DNA of 64,000 nucleotides, from contig NC_083440.1 in assembly GCF_020745735.1 (NCBI RefSeq), positions 27,423,278-27,487,277 of the forward strand, in the 5' to 3' direction. The stretch comes from Hemiscyllium ocellatum (Eukaryota). This document shows positions 25,268-37,329 of the stretch, piece by piece. The position numbers were made by a program, and so were the translations under genes. How positions within the stretch are numbered: position 1 is the first letter of the stretch; each line of letters opens with the position of its first letter. The notes under the pieces are model-generated. The model was given only the letters and a program-made list of their open reading frames with translations, was not told where the DNA came from and searched no databases.

Positions 25268-25592
25268 CAGGGACCCCAACAATAGCCAGGATGGGATAGT
25301 AACCGGCCTGAATAACAACAAGCACGAACTGGATTCGTAATTTCAAGGAGATCCAATCCACAGAAAGCCAATCCAGACTCTCAGAAAAACCCCTGTCCAT
25401 TGCTACAACCTTCTGATCTCCTCTGGTCAGATTCTCACACCCTGTGGTAAGAAGGTTCCAATCCACTGCTCCCTGGTTCTGACCCAGTGTTCTAAGGTTC
25501 CAATCCATTGTCCCCAGGTTCCGTTTGACTGTTGTAAGGTTCCAATCCATTGTCCCCAGGTTCCGTACGACTGTTGTAAGGTTCCAATCCAT
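25268..25592 (-). CDS. GPR139-like GPCR exon 1 (repeat-containing N-terminus and start of TM1)
   Basis: First in-frame ATG after an upstream TGA. Ends YYPILAIVGVP-G|GTAGGT; phase 1 joins exon 2 as ..GVPVNILAI. Confidence 0.85.
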
Positions 25593-25661
25593 TGTCCCCA
25601 GGTTCCGTTTGTCTGTTGTGAGGTTCCAATCCACTGCTCCCTGGTTCTGACCCAGTGTTGT
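25452..25661. repeat. Five 42-bp units (A-B-B-B-A) overlapping the GPCR start
   Basis: Unit starts at 25452, 25494, 25536, 25578 and 25620. Encodes MDWNLTT..RNLGT on the - strand. Confidence 0.93.
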
Positions 25662-25949
25662 AAGATTTCACAGATCCTGCTCTCTCCTCTCCGAGTCCCT
25701 CTGGAAACATTGATACCTACTTGTGCCGACAGGAATATTCCCTGCTAACATTATCTGGTGTTTCTTTTAAAAAAAGCTTCTTTTTAAATTTAGAACGTGG
25801 AAACACTCCAGTGACACTCCACCAATATCCAGGGAGACTGACATTAACTACGGTCACTGAACAAATAACTTCCCTTACCTCATCTTGCTGGGGGAGTTGG
25901 GATCCAATTAAAAACAAAACCTGGAATTCAGGATCCCTTGCAAGACTGG

Positions 25950-27056
25950 AATCGATGGGTATCCGGGGGCAAAATCTCCACGGATGGGTGTCAGGCTTGG
26001 CACACAGGAAGATGGTTGTGGTTGTTGGAGGGTCAGTCATCTCAGCTCCAGGACATCTCTGCAGGAGGTCCTCAGGGACATGTCCTCGATCCCAACCATC
26101 TTCAGCTGCTTCATCAATGACCTCCTCTCCATGATGAGGTCAGAAGGGAAGGATGGTCACCGCTGACTACACAGTGTTCAGTCCCATTTGGGCCACCTCA
26201 GATGCTGAAGTAGTCAATGTTTAATGTAACAAGATCTGGACAAGATCCATGCTGGGGCTGACAAATGACAAGTAACATTCAAACCACACAAATGCCAGGC
26301 TATGGTCATCATCAAAAAGATACAATCTAACCACCGCCCCTCAACGGTCAATGGAGTTACCATCACTGAATCCCCCCCAACATCAACATCCTGGGGGTGC
26401 CCATTGACCATGAACTCAATTGGACCCACCACTGATACACTGGCTGTGGGGGGAGGTCAGAGGCTGGGAACCCTGCAGCGAGTAACTCCCCTCCTGACTC
26501 TCCCCACAAAGCCTGTCCCACCATCTACAATGCCGAGGGCAGGAGTGTGTGAGAATACTCCTCACTTGCCCCTGGATGGGGGCAGCTCCGACAACACTCA
26601 AGAAGCTGCCCCCCGCTTGCTTGGCTCCCACCCACAAACACCCCCTCCCTCCCTCCATTCCCTCCCCCACCCCCCCACCAACACTCAGTAGCAGCGGTGT
26701 GGACCATCTACAAGGTGCCCTGCAGAAATTCCCCAAAGACCCTCAGGCAGCACCTTCCAAACCACACAGCCACTTCCATCAAGAAGGACAAGGGGCAGCA
26801 GGTACATGGGAACACCAGCCCCCTGCAAGTTCCCCTCCGAGCCCCCTCCCCATCCCGCCTCGGAAATATATCGCCCTCCCTTCAGTGTGGCTGGGTCAGA
26901 ATCCTGGAATCCCCTCCCTCAGGGACATTGTGGGTCTACCCACAGCACATGGACTGCAGCGGGTCAACAAGACAGCTCAGCCCCACATTTTCAAGGGGGG
27001 AGGGGCGGCAACTAAGGACGGGTCTGTAAAGGCTAGTTTAGCCACATCCCGTGAAT
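25950..27056 (+). mobile_element. Old, highly decayed CR1-like LINE 3' fragment
   Basis: Frame-broken RT motifs (GIRG..L.W...LAHRKMVVVVGGQSSQLQDISAG.PQG.VL.PTIFSCFINDL) and a LINE-type 3' tail near 26960-27056. Confidence 0.8.
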
Positions 27057-27684
27057 TTATTTCCTCAAAATTAAAGGGAATAACTCCTTTAACAACTCTC
27101 TCTCCTGTCACAATCCCACAAGCAATTAATAATGACCGAAGAAGCACGACAGAGAGGATTTAACAGGACGTGAGAGAAATAGAGAAGGAGACAGCTCCAT
27201 CCCCACTTCACAAACCTCAGGAATGAGATGGGCTCTGATGGAGAATTGAATGAACTCAAACAGAAAACCTTTGACCGGTGGCCGCTAATCCAACCTGCTG
27301 GGGCAAGGGGACCTCCCTGTGTGATTCTGGAAGTGAAGGAGCCCTGCAGTTTGTAACGGGATTTATTGATGAGAGTGTACATGGTTGAACAAACTGTTGG
27401 GGATTCCTGCACGGAGCCTGAAGACTGGATGTACAAACCAAGGGACACATTGGGAAGGACTTTGCAGGATTCCCCGCGTGCTGACTCTGTGGGAACAGCT
27501 CGGAATATCCGACCTTCTGATGGACAAGTTCCTGGCTCTCCAACCCGGAATCTAGGAGCGTCGGAGCTGGAGGCTTCAGAGAATCCGGATTCCTGGATTG
27601 GATTGTGACTGGGGAAAGGCTAGGGAGAAGGAAATCTGGATCATCCCTTGGGATAATATACAGCTGACATCAATCCCCCCTGAA

Positions 27685-28856
27685 ATCTCACACACACACA
27701 CACCACACACACACACACACACACCCCCACACACACACACACACACACCACACACACACACAGTGACCTCCCAACTCACTGAGCGGACCCTCTCTGACAG
27801 TAAAAGGTGTTCGAGGCCCATCCAGCTGCTCTCTCAGGACTGAGGCAACAACAGGTGGGGTTTCAGCTGAGGGTCACCAAGACTCAGGTGGGGACACAGG
27901 TTGGGAAGGAAGGACGTTCAGGGCAACTTCAGGCGGTGTTAATGACTCTCTGCCGCACAAATCAGCTGTCCAGCCAACTGAGCCTCCCTGAGACTCCCCT
28001 ACCCCTAGTCCATCACCCATGGTGACTAACCCATCCTATCTGAACCCCCTGGTATGTGTCCCCTGAACACTGTGTCGGTGAAGCTAATGTTTCAATGACC
28101 AGCAACAAACTCTCTCTCAGGTTAAAACAAGGGCTTTATTCATGCATTCAGCANNNNNNNNNNNNNNNNNNNNNNNNNNNNNNNNNNNNNNNNNNNNNNN
28201 NNNNNNNNNNNNNNNNNNNNNNNNNNNNNNNNNNNNNNNNNNNNNNNNNNNNNNNNNNNNNNNNNNNNNNNNNNNNNNNNNNNNNNNNNNNNNNNNNNNN
28301 NNNNNNNNNNNNNNNNNNNNNNNNNNNNNNNNNNNNNNTTTGCACAGATAGAGATACATAAACACACACACACAAACAGACACGCAGATACACATTATCA
28401 CTCACTCAAACAGACACCCAAAGACACACACTCACACATACACACGTGTACACACACACACACTCATACACACGAACGCGCACACGCTCACACACAGATG
28501 CATAAACATATGCACACAGAAACAAACACAAACACACACACAGACATGCAGACTTACACACCAACACACAAATTCAGAAACACAGTTTATGCAGACACAT
28601 TCTCTCACACACACAACACAAACACAGACAGAAAGATGCTTAAACATACACACTCCTTCACACACAGAAACACAGAGACATGCAGACACATATACGCACG
28701 AACACACTCTCTCACACATACACAGACATGCAGACACACACACAGACAGAAAGATGCATAAACACACATACCAACACACACAGACATGCAGTCATACAGA
28801 CACACGAACACGCTCCCCCTCACATACACACACAGACATAAACACACAGACTCACA
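27685..28856. repeat. (CA)n-rich simple repeats (27685-27762 and 28338-28856) with N block 28154-28338
   Basis: Low complexity. The unique stretch 27763-28153 lies between the two blocks. Confidence 0.8.
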
Positions 28857-28882
28857 GGTGAGCTTTGTCACTGTGGTAACAC

Positions 28883-29117
28883 GATGCGGTTGGTTTCTGT
28901 CTCTATGTTCTGGATGACAGAGATTAGTCTCAACTGCACCTTGTTACCATAGAGACAGAAACCAACCGCACCCTGTTACTAGAGAGACAGAACCCGACTG
29001 CACCCCGTTACCATAGAGACAGAACCCAACTGCGTCCTGTTACCATAGAGACAGAAGCCAACTGCACCCTGTTACCATAGAGACAGAACCTGACTACACC
29101 CAGTTACCATAGAGACC
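28883..29117. repeat. 32-bp minisatellite (~5.5 units, GTTACCATAGAGACAGAACCCAACTGCACCCT) preceded by an inverted partial copy
   Basis: Direct units at ~28945-29117. 28883-28907 is the reverse complement of 28957-28981. Confidence 0.85.
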
Positions 29118-29129
29118 ACTTATCACCTT

Positions 29130-29290
29130 GTACCCCACCAGCCTTCAAATGCGAAGAATAATCCTCCGCCATTTTTGCCAACTCCAACACGACGCTATCC
29201 CTAAACACGTCTTCCCTTCCCTCCCCCTGTCTGCATTCCGCAGAGATCGTTCCTTCTGGGTCAACCTAGTCCACTCCTCCATCACACCCA
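29130..29290 (+). mobile_element. Penelope-like element internal fragment
   Basis: PTSLQMRRIILRHFCQLQHD..PKHVFPSLPLSAFRRDRS....LVHSS resembles the recalled RT-to-endonuclease linker of vertebrate Penelope elements. Confidence 0.75.
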
Positions 29291-29665
29291 ATACCTGTCC
29301 CATCACACACGCCACCTTTCCCATCACACCTAACACCTCTCCCATCACCCCTAACACATTTTCCATCACACCTAACACCTCTCCCATCACACTAACACCT
29401 CTCCCATCACACCTAACACCTCTCCCATCACACCTAACACCTCTCCCATCACACCTAACACCTCTCCCATCACCCCTAACACCTCTCCCATCAAACCTAA
29501 CACCTCTCCCATCACACACGGCACCTCTCCCATCACACCTAACACCTCTCCCATCACCCCTAATACCTCTCCCATCACCCCTAACACCTCTCCCATCACA
29601 CCTAACACCTCTCCCATCACACACGGCACCTCTCCCATCACACCTAACACCTCTCCCATCACACG
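29276..29665. repeat. 21-bp minisatellite (~18 units, ACACCTCTCCCATCACACCTA)
   Basis: Seen directly. It grows out of the Penelope fragment and abuts the ERV LTR. Confidence 0.95.
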
Positions 29666-30760
29666 TGTTATAAGTGATTTCTGTCTAGGCTTTCTGAATC
29701 TCCGGAGAATAGTTCCTGACACTTGGCTAACTATTCTAACTCTAGGGATCTGATTCAGAACAACCGGGTCCTGCCTCCGAACTCTGCCAACCCCGGACTG
29801 TCCTTTAACCCTTGTATCAAGGGAGACTGTCTGCAAGGTTAAGTTCAAAAAGGCGAACTCCAAGTTGACTGGTATCAGTCCTTATCCCCACCGGCTATCA
29901 CTTCTCCCGTGGCAAATCGAAATACTGCGAGACACACACAAACGGAGCAACAGATGTTTATTCAATCTTCGAAGATTGGGCGAGTTTCCAAAAAAAGACT
30001 TCGGAAATCGCAACGGAAGATTTTACAGCACTAATACTTGTACATTATTTTTCCATTCAAATACAATGGTGATAATTTCATTGGTTTAAACATCTCACGC
30101 TATGGATTTTCTTACATTAAAAATCATTAATGACAATTCCATTGTTTAAAGCATTTCACGCTTTTCTCTGCCAAGTTCTTTAATTAAAATGTTACATTAT
30201 TTTACAATTTCTGCTTTTTGATATCTTCATCTTCTACTAGTTATAACATTTATTGATTTTTGTGTATGTCATGAAAAGAGCTTTCATTGTATTTTGCCCT
30301 CTGTGTCTAACTGAAGCATTCCTTGGTTTCTTGCCCAAGGTTACCATGTTCCTATCTTTACAGAGGTGACTTACAATTCATGCTTCTTTATGGCCTTAGT
30401 AAATTATTAGTCTTACAATTTCAACTTTTATTCATTAAATTTCTGTTTTAGTATAGANNNNNNNNNNNNNNNNNNNNNNNNNNNNNNNNNNNNNNNNNNN
30501 NNNNNNNNNNNNNNNNNNNNNNNNNNNNNNNNNNNNNNNNNNNNNNNNNNNNNNNNNNNNNNNNNNNNNNNNNNNNNNNNNNNNNNNNNCTAGTGTGTAT
30601 ATGTGTGTGGGTCTTAGTGTGCCTTTGTAAGTGTGTGTGGGTCTAGTGTGTATCTGTGTGTGTGTGTATGCGCGTGAATTGGGTGTGTGTGTGTGTATAT
30701 GTGTGAATAAAGAAATATGTGTGTGTGTGTGAAACTGTAGAAATTACATTAACCATATCA
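29666..30760 (-). repeat. ERV 3' LTR
   Basis: Matches 37330-38487. AATAAA at 29957-29962 on the - strand. Preceded by the PPT. Confidence 0.93.
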
Positions 30761-30776
30761 ATTGCCCCGTCTTTTT
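30761..30776 (-). promoter_or_regulatory. ERV polypurine tract
   Basis: AAAAAGACGGGGCAAT lies between the env stop and the LTR TG. Confidence 0.8.
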
Positions 30777-32591
30777 ATTCAGTCTGTAATTTTTGCAACA
30801 TGATAATAGCTTGTCTATTCCAATCAGCTTCAGTATCGTTTGCATCTGCTTGTAGGTGAATGCCCACAACTGTATGCGGGTCACTCTTAATCAAAGTAGT
30901 CTCAATTAGGCGTGTAATTAGACCACGCTGACATGGAATTATACAACAGCCCAAAGCAACTAAAATCCCGATAACCAACAGAAGTGTAATCACCACTGAG
31001 ACCATCACCCCCTTCCATTTATCGAACCACCACTCTAGCCAGCCAGTCCAATTAGTATTTACACATGAATTCTCAGCTATCTCATCAGCCAGTGCGTGGA
31101 GACCTTCCAGGGCACGGGTCACCGAGCCATCAGGGGCCGTATTGTTGGGAATAAAAGTACAACATTGAGAGCCTATCATGACACAAACGCTCCCCTTTTC
31201 AGCTAAGAGCATGTCCAAGGCCAGTCTATTTTCCCAAGCCATACGACTGGTGGCATCCAGTTATTCGGCCAAACCCTTTACTGCATCTCTAGTATGGTTA
31301 ATAAACCGTGCTTGGTGATAATAAATGTAGTTTATCCAATCCACATTCTTATTAATAGTAACCCACCAGAATAGGGATGATTCAAAGCCTGCTGAAGTCT
31401 GGTTACGAGCTTTAAACTCATCAGGCACTCCCCTAGGGACCCCTATTGAATCAAGATAAATCCCTTTATCAAAAGAAGTGGATAGCAGTGATCTCTTATC
31501 GCTTCCTTTTTTCCCAACTAAATGTTCTCTTTCAAATGCCAGGGTGAATGGTATTGCCAATTGTACAATTGCACATATCCCCTTCCAATCAGGGGGCAGG
31601 GTGGGTCTCAGTAGTTTTCCTCCACAATACCACCACAGATCCGCTCGGGGAACGTTTAAAGATGAGTAATTTCTTCCTTCCACTGCTTCAGTAACATTTT
31701 TAATCACTGAACACAATCTCAGCTCCCCCAAATCAATAGATCCACCCTGTCTATAAACACACGATGTGTGATTCCCAACAGCGGCAGAAAACACAGAGGG
31801 AGCTTGCCTCTTATGTCCTTTTAAGGAAGAGAACATCAAAGACAAAGAGGCACAATTCGGATTTTTCCATGCAGTCTCATCTTGATATAGGGCTATCATA
31901 CATTCCAAGCCCTGTTTGTTTCGCTCCCACCCGAGCGGAAAGGGAACTCCCTGAGACACTGCCCTACCGGAGGCACATGCATAGCAATTGCTTTTGTTCA
32001 GGCTTTTTACAGTATACTTAACCCATTCAATCCAGGCATTTGTTTATCCATATCCTGTTTCTATTTCAAGAGTCTGTCTCAGGTCTTTAACCTTTATAAT
32101 CTGCAGTGACTTTGGATCAGTGTAAGGGGTTAAAGGTTGCAGTTTAGAATCAAGGAATCCCAAAGGCTGTCCCCGTCCGACGCCAATTCAAAAATAGCAG
32201 CCCACAAAACGCTTCCCATACACTGTCATCTCTATCTTTAAATTTTTACTAAGGAGTTGAGACCCATTTTTATGGGGAAATGAGTCTTCAGAGGAAGCAT
32301 TTTTAATGGTGAGATATATATAGGATGACACTTCCTGTCAAAACAGTTTAGGGCTGGGCTAAAGGAGGCTCTATGGATAGTGATGCTAGGCGGTGGCTTT
32401 TGCGGTTCGGTAGGGTGTGAAGAAATATCTTGGAGGAAAGATATTCCCTTTGAAACTCTACATCTGGGCATTCTACTTAGGCTGCAAGCATCAATTTTTA
32501 TAACTTGTGGAAATTCCGAAACAGAAATCATTAACACAACATCTGAAAAAGATATATGAGCAAAACTCAGAAGTAACAGGAATAGCAGCAT
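30775..32591 (-). pseudogene. env: ERV env (gamma-type, ERV-PABLB/HERV-I-like signature), disrupted
   Basis: Signal-like MLLFLLLLSFAHISFS, CYAC, furin-like DKR, IGVPRGVPDEFKARNQ, WINYIYY, ISD ENRLALDMLLAEKGSVC, CX6CC, TM helix. Stop at 31261-31263 plus further stops and a frameshift in SU. Confidence 0.93.
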
Positions 32592-32719
32592 AATTCTGAC
32601 TAGTGCTAAGAACTTAAACAATATATCAAAGCACAAAACAAGATTAACATACAATTCTGAAGAAACAGTCCCCGCACGCACGTCGCCATAGTATAGTCAG
32701 TTAATCAAAGTCTGTTCAG

Positions 32720-34520
32720 TCTGAATTATAGTGGGTCACGTGTTGATTCGGCTGTCCAGACTCCTTTCTTAACTGGAGAGGTAACTGGCCATTTGCCAGC
32801 TTTTCTCTGCCGTTCAATGGTGAGGTGTACTAGGAACGGGCCGTCCCACACAAGTTCGAGAGTTAACTGTTGTCAATGTTTGATCAAAACCCCTTCACCG
32901 GGTTCAATAGTGTGCACAGCGAAATCCAGAGGTGGTGTCTGAGTCAGGAATCCCTGGTGGAGTAAACGAGAAACAGCGAAGCCCAGAGTCTCAACATATT
33001 TACAGATACACATATCTCATGACTCAAGCTCTAGGTGATAAACACTCAAACATTCATGCACTAACGAACAGATGACTTTTAGCCAGAAACTCAACAAAAT
33101 GAAATAGCTTCCGTTCTCTCTCTCTCTCTCTCATACGGTGTTGGTCTCTCTGTCTATGTCTGCCTGTCACTGTATTCTGTGTCTGGGAACTGTTCAGCGT
33201 CGGTTGTCAGTAACATCAATGCAGCCCTACGCGCCGTATAGCCCCCACGAAGCGCAATACAGTCTACTTACTGTCTCAACGTCCTGAAACTCACTCTCAA
33301 GTTACCCATATTAATTCGCATCTACCCTCAGAGTTTCTGTTACCCCCTGCCTTATCAGCAGCCTATTTCTTTGTACATCTGTTCCGGAGCCACTGCTCCC
33401 CTGCCTCACTGGCAGCCTATCTCTCTGTGTAACTGGGTACATTTGCCCCTGGAGGCCCTGCTCCCCTGCCTCATTTTCCTGAAGGTGGATACCACCCCTC
33501 ATGTCGTGTGAGTTTGGAATTGTTCTAACTTATTACCACCTTGCACTCAATCTCATGAATGGTCCTCCTTTCCATAAGAAGTCAGCCGGATTTGAACATG
33601 CACCCACGTCTATCTTAAGGTCCTCTCTATCTAAGAGCACTGCCTCATATTTCAGGATTCGGGAGTCTGTGAGCCATCGTCCCGCTTTTTGATTCAGAAT
33701 AGTGCGGACTTGGTGAGGAGTAACCCCAGTCAGTGGTGCTCCAAACGTCAGTTTCTGGCTTTCTTCCACTAGCTTAGCAGTGGCTGCTACTGCTTGTACA
33801 CATTCGGGCCAACCCCGTGAAACGGGGTCTAGGATTCTGGAGAGGAAAGCTACAGGTTTTCTATGTCCACCCCATTCCTGAGTCAAGACCCCAAAAGCCG
33901 TCCCGTGCTTGGCGTTAACAAAGAGTCGAAAATCTTTATTAAAATCTGGCAAGCTCAAAACCGGTGCTGTAACTAATTTTTTTTTAAAGTTTCAATCAGC
34001 ATCTTTCCTTCTGGGTCCCATTTAACCCTGTCCGGAGCCTCCTCTGTTAGCTGCAGGTATAGCCTTTTTGTAAGAGTAGCATAATTATATATCCAGAGTC
34101 TGCAATAACCTAGCAAACCCAGGAACTTTCGGAGTTCCCTCTTAATTCGGGGTAGTCCTAATTCTACAATTCCCTTTACTCTTTCAGGGCTTATTCTCTT
34201 CTGCCCTTGACTGATCAAATGCTCTAAATATCTTACTTCCCGTTCCACATACTGTAGTTTGTTCTGACTAACTCGCAATCCCTTCACTGCAAGGTAGTTT
34301 AATAAATCATTGGTTCCCTGCTGTGTGTCAGTTTGGGTGGGACCGGACAACAGGAGGTCGTCCACATACTGAATTAACTTTAAAGTTGGTCTTAAAGTCA
34401 AGCCCTCAAGAACTTGTTCTAGGATCTGTCCAAACAAGTTTGGTGACTCGGTAAAACCTTCAGCTAAGACAGTCCACCTATACTGCTGTTTTCTCCCAGT
34501 GTCAGAGTCCTCCTTAAGTT
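32720..34520 (-). pseudogene. pol: ERV pol remnants: RT C-terminal half and connection domain, integrase C-terminus
   Basis: QYRWTVLAEGFTESPNLF, IQYVDDLLL, RKFLGLLGYCRLWI, PVAFLSRILDPVSRGWP, QTPPLDFAVHTIEPG..WDGPF. Protease, RT N-terminus, RNase H and IN core were not found. Confidence 0.92.
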
Positions 34521-34859
34521 CTAATAAAATCATATCATGAGAAAAAAAAATAACGTTGAGCATTCATAAAATTACAATCAAAAATAGCACACTGAATCAA
34601 ATGACAAACAACAAGTTTCACACATAAAACCATTAACAAACAGATGAATTCAAGCCAGAGCACAAAGTGTTAAACTGCTTGTTAGCTGAGAAGCCTTTTT
34701 TAAAAAAAATCCATACACAAACACAAATTCTCACATCTACAGAGACCTTTTTTTACAATCAAATTTACACACACAAAGACACACATAAATCTTCACCAAC
34801 ACAAAATTCCTATCGGGGGCCGGCCCACTAAGACATAAATATTTAGATTTAGATAACCA

Positions 34860-36986
34860 CCCTATTTATCCGACTCCTTTTGTCTTTCATACAGTCCTCC
34901 CTTACTACTGCTACCATTATCTTAGCCTTCCGTTCCTCCGCCATTATGTCTCGCTATACAAATACTTTCTGAACCTCCTGTAACAACTCCGACTCATTTC
35001 TACTGTTCCCGTCCTCTATCTTCTGTAACTTCTTCTGGATATCAGGCCATGCCTTTGTCACGAAGTGAACCTTTACCATCCGTCATCCTATTTCCCCATC
35101 TGGGTCTATACCCGAACATTTCCTAACCGACTCCCTTAATCTGTGTAAGAATGCACAGGGAGACTCGTCCTTTCCCTGCCTCAGGTCGAAAACCTTGGCT
35201 AAATTTTGTTGTTTGGGGATGCAAGTTTGTATCCCTTGGATTATCAAATTTTGCATGTCTAACATATTATTCCACTCTTCTATATTGTGGTGGTCCCAGT
35301 TAGGGTTCTGAAGGGGATATTTGTCTTCACCCCTAACCATCCCCCTCTCATGCCAAATTGTCCGGCAAGCTTAATATCGGCACTGCTACTAGTTTTTTTT
35401 TAATCTCAATTTAACACTTTCCCTATCCAGTATCCTTTCTCCCCCAGTAAATAGCATGTTCAAAAATAGACATTAACTCAGCCCACATATACAGACTGGG
35501 CCTCAAAAATAAATTAATTTGTTCAGACAATCCTATCGGATTCTCATCCAGGACCGTCATTTCCTTTTAAATATTCCGACCTCCCCACTGGTGAGGGGGT
35601 CACACACAAAACCAATCTCCTTGTCCCCTATTGGCACTTTAATCGATACGTTCTTCCTTTTTTTAAGAAATATTGCAATGTTCCTAGCTTCTCATATCCT
35701 CAAACACCAATTTATTAATTCATGCTTGACTAACTTTAAAGCCTGTTCCTAACTTGTAAACATATTTATATATTTACGTCCATTTATTTAGTATTTAATA
35801 TTTAAAATGTAAAATGCATACAGTTCCCAATTTTAAAATCCACTGTAATCACCCAGATTTAGTACCCTAATTTAGATCCAAAATTAGTTTTCTTATGTAC
35901 TCCTGACCAATTATTTCTCAATTACAATACTTTAGGTCGTAAAATAATCAGAGCTGTCTTACAATAATTTGTCAATTCAAGTTTAAAAAAAAATTCTCAT
36001 GGCCGAATCCAAGGTCTCAGATAATAACCATGGAAGTTATCGTCTTTTTTTTCCCGACAGTCTACTGTTGAACTGAAACTACAACTGTCCTTCACATATT
36101 GAAAATAAATCATGTTAAGTTTACATAAAGATCACATTTAAAACAATCCTGGAACTCAAGCTCCAGTGAATAAAACTTCCTCATTCAATCACCAACAAAC
36201 CAATGTGCATTCAAACCGAATCACAGAGGGTTAAATGTTTTGCGAGCAGTTCTCGCACTCTCTCTCTCTCTGTCGGTCTTACTGCAAGCTGCTGGTAAAA
36301 AATAAACTTCAGTTGTCTTATATAATTTGAGTTTAATGGGGCTACAACAAATCCTGTGGTCCGTTCCCCAAACGGGACCTCCCGTAGGGGACACAGTCTC
36401 ACTACTTCTTTATCACCTTTTCCCCTCATCTCTCTCTCCTTTAGTCGTGCAGATCTCCTTACCCCCTCAGCTCCTGCTGCTGTGGCTTCCACGTCCCCTT
36501 CGCCAGATCCCCTGGATCCCGCTCCCGATTCTCCAACGGCCGCTGCCGTTGTTCCTCCTGAAGAGCATATGGCGGGGGTGCCACAGGCGGGGGTAAGTTC
36601 TCTAACACTTCCCACTTACTCTCATTCAGTGGGGTTAAAGGATATAAGGGTACTGGGGTTGGAGCAGTTGCTGTCAGGTTCCCTACCCAACATGCAGCAT
36701 ACTCACTCTCCTTTAAACCTGGATACTGTTTATTCTTTACATAATCATTTAAAATTTGACAAACCCAATCCTGGTCCGATCCAAATTTTGGCCAGATCAC
36801 TGATGGCGGACGGATGGGTTCTTTTACTCAAACAAAACAACAGTATTTTATCATTTCCTTTTTCTTTAAGCCCCGACTTTCGTAGGGACTCCAATTCCCC
36901 AATTTTCGTCCCAGCGGACTATCAAGGGGAATTTTTGGGGTTTCGTCTTCCCGTTCCTTTTTAGACCTGGAACCTCGGCCACCCAT
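34860..36986 (-). pseudogene. gag: ERV gag, disrupted and interrupted
   Basis: MGGRGS myristoylation-type start at 36986, TGA in MA, WPKFGS, PPPY late motif, capsid with MHR QGKDESPCAFLHRL. Confidence 0.92.
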
Positions 36987-37305
36987 GGTTGGTCTTCAGG
37001 CTAACCTACACTCTGGTTACTCAATTAACCCTTGTATCCCGGTTACCTGTCACAACCACCGAGTCGACAAGGCAGTGTACCCTTCTCAATTCCGCGATAA
37101 CCCCAAATACCAGAGAAGGTTCTTACCTTGATCCTGTGCACGGAGTTGTCCGACTCAAAGTAAAAAATCACCTTTTTACTTTTTCGAAGCTTCAACCTTT
37201 TTACTTTATTGCGAGCGCCACCTATTCACATCGTTTGCTCAAACATCTGTGTGTGTCACAGTGTCCCAGAATCATTCAGAGCCTCCCGTGGGAGTTCTGT
37301 TTAGG

Positions 37306-37325
37306 ATCACGGACACGAGCCCCCA
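37306..37325 (-). promoter_or_regulatory. Degenerate tRNA-Pro PBS of the ERV
   Basis: TGGGGGCTCGTGTCCGTGAT is the Pro PBS with a 2-nt insertion and one substitution, 4 nt after the 5' LTR. Confidence 0.75.
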
Positions 37326-37329
37326 AATT

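Noticed and set aside
25536-25600. Shared ancestry of the GPCR N-terminal repeat (ACAATGGAT, TMD) and the 15-bp array
   Set aside because: Only a 9-10-nt match, on opposite strands, with different periods.
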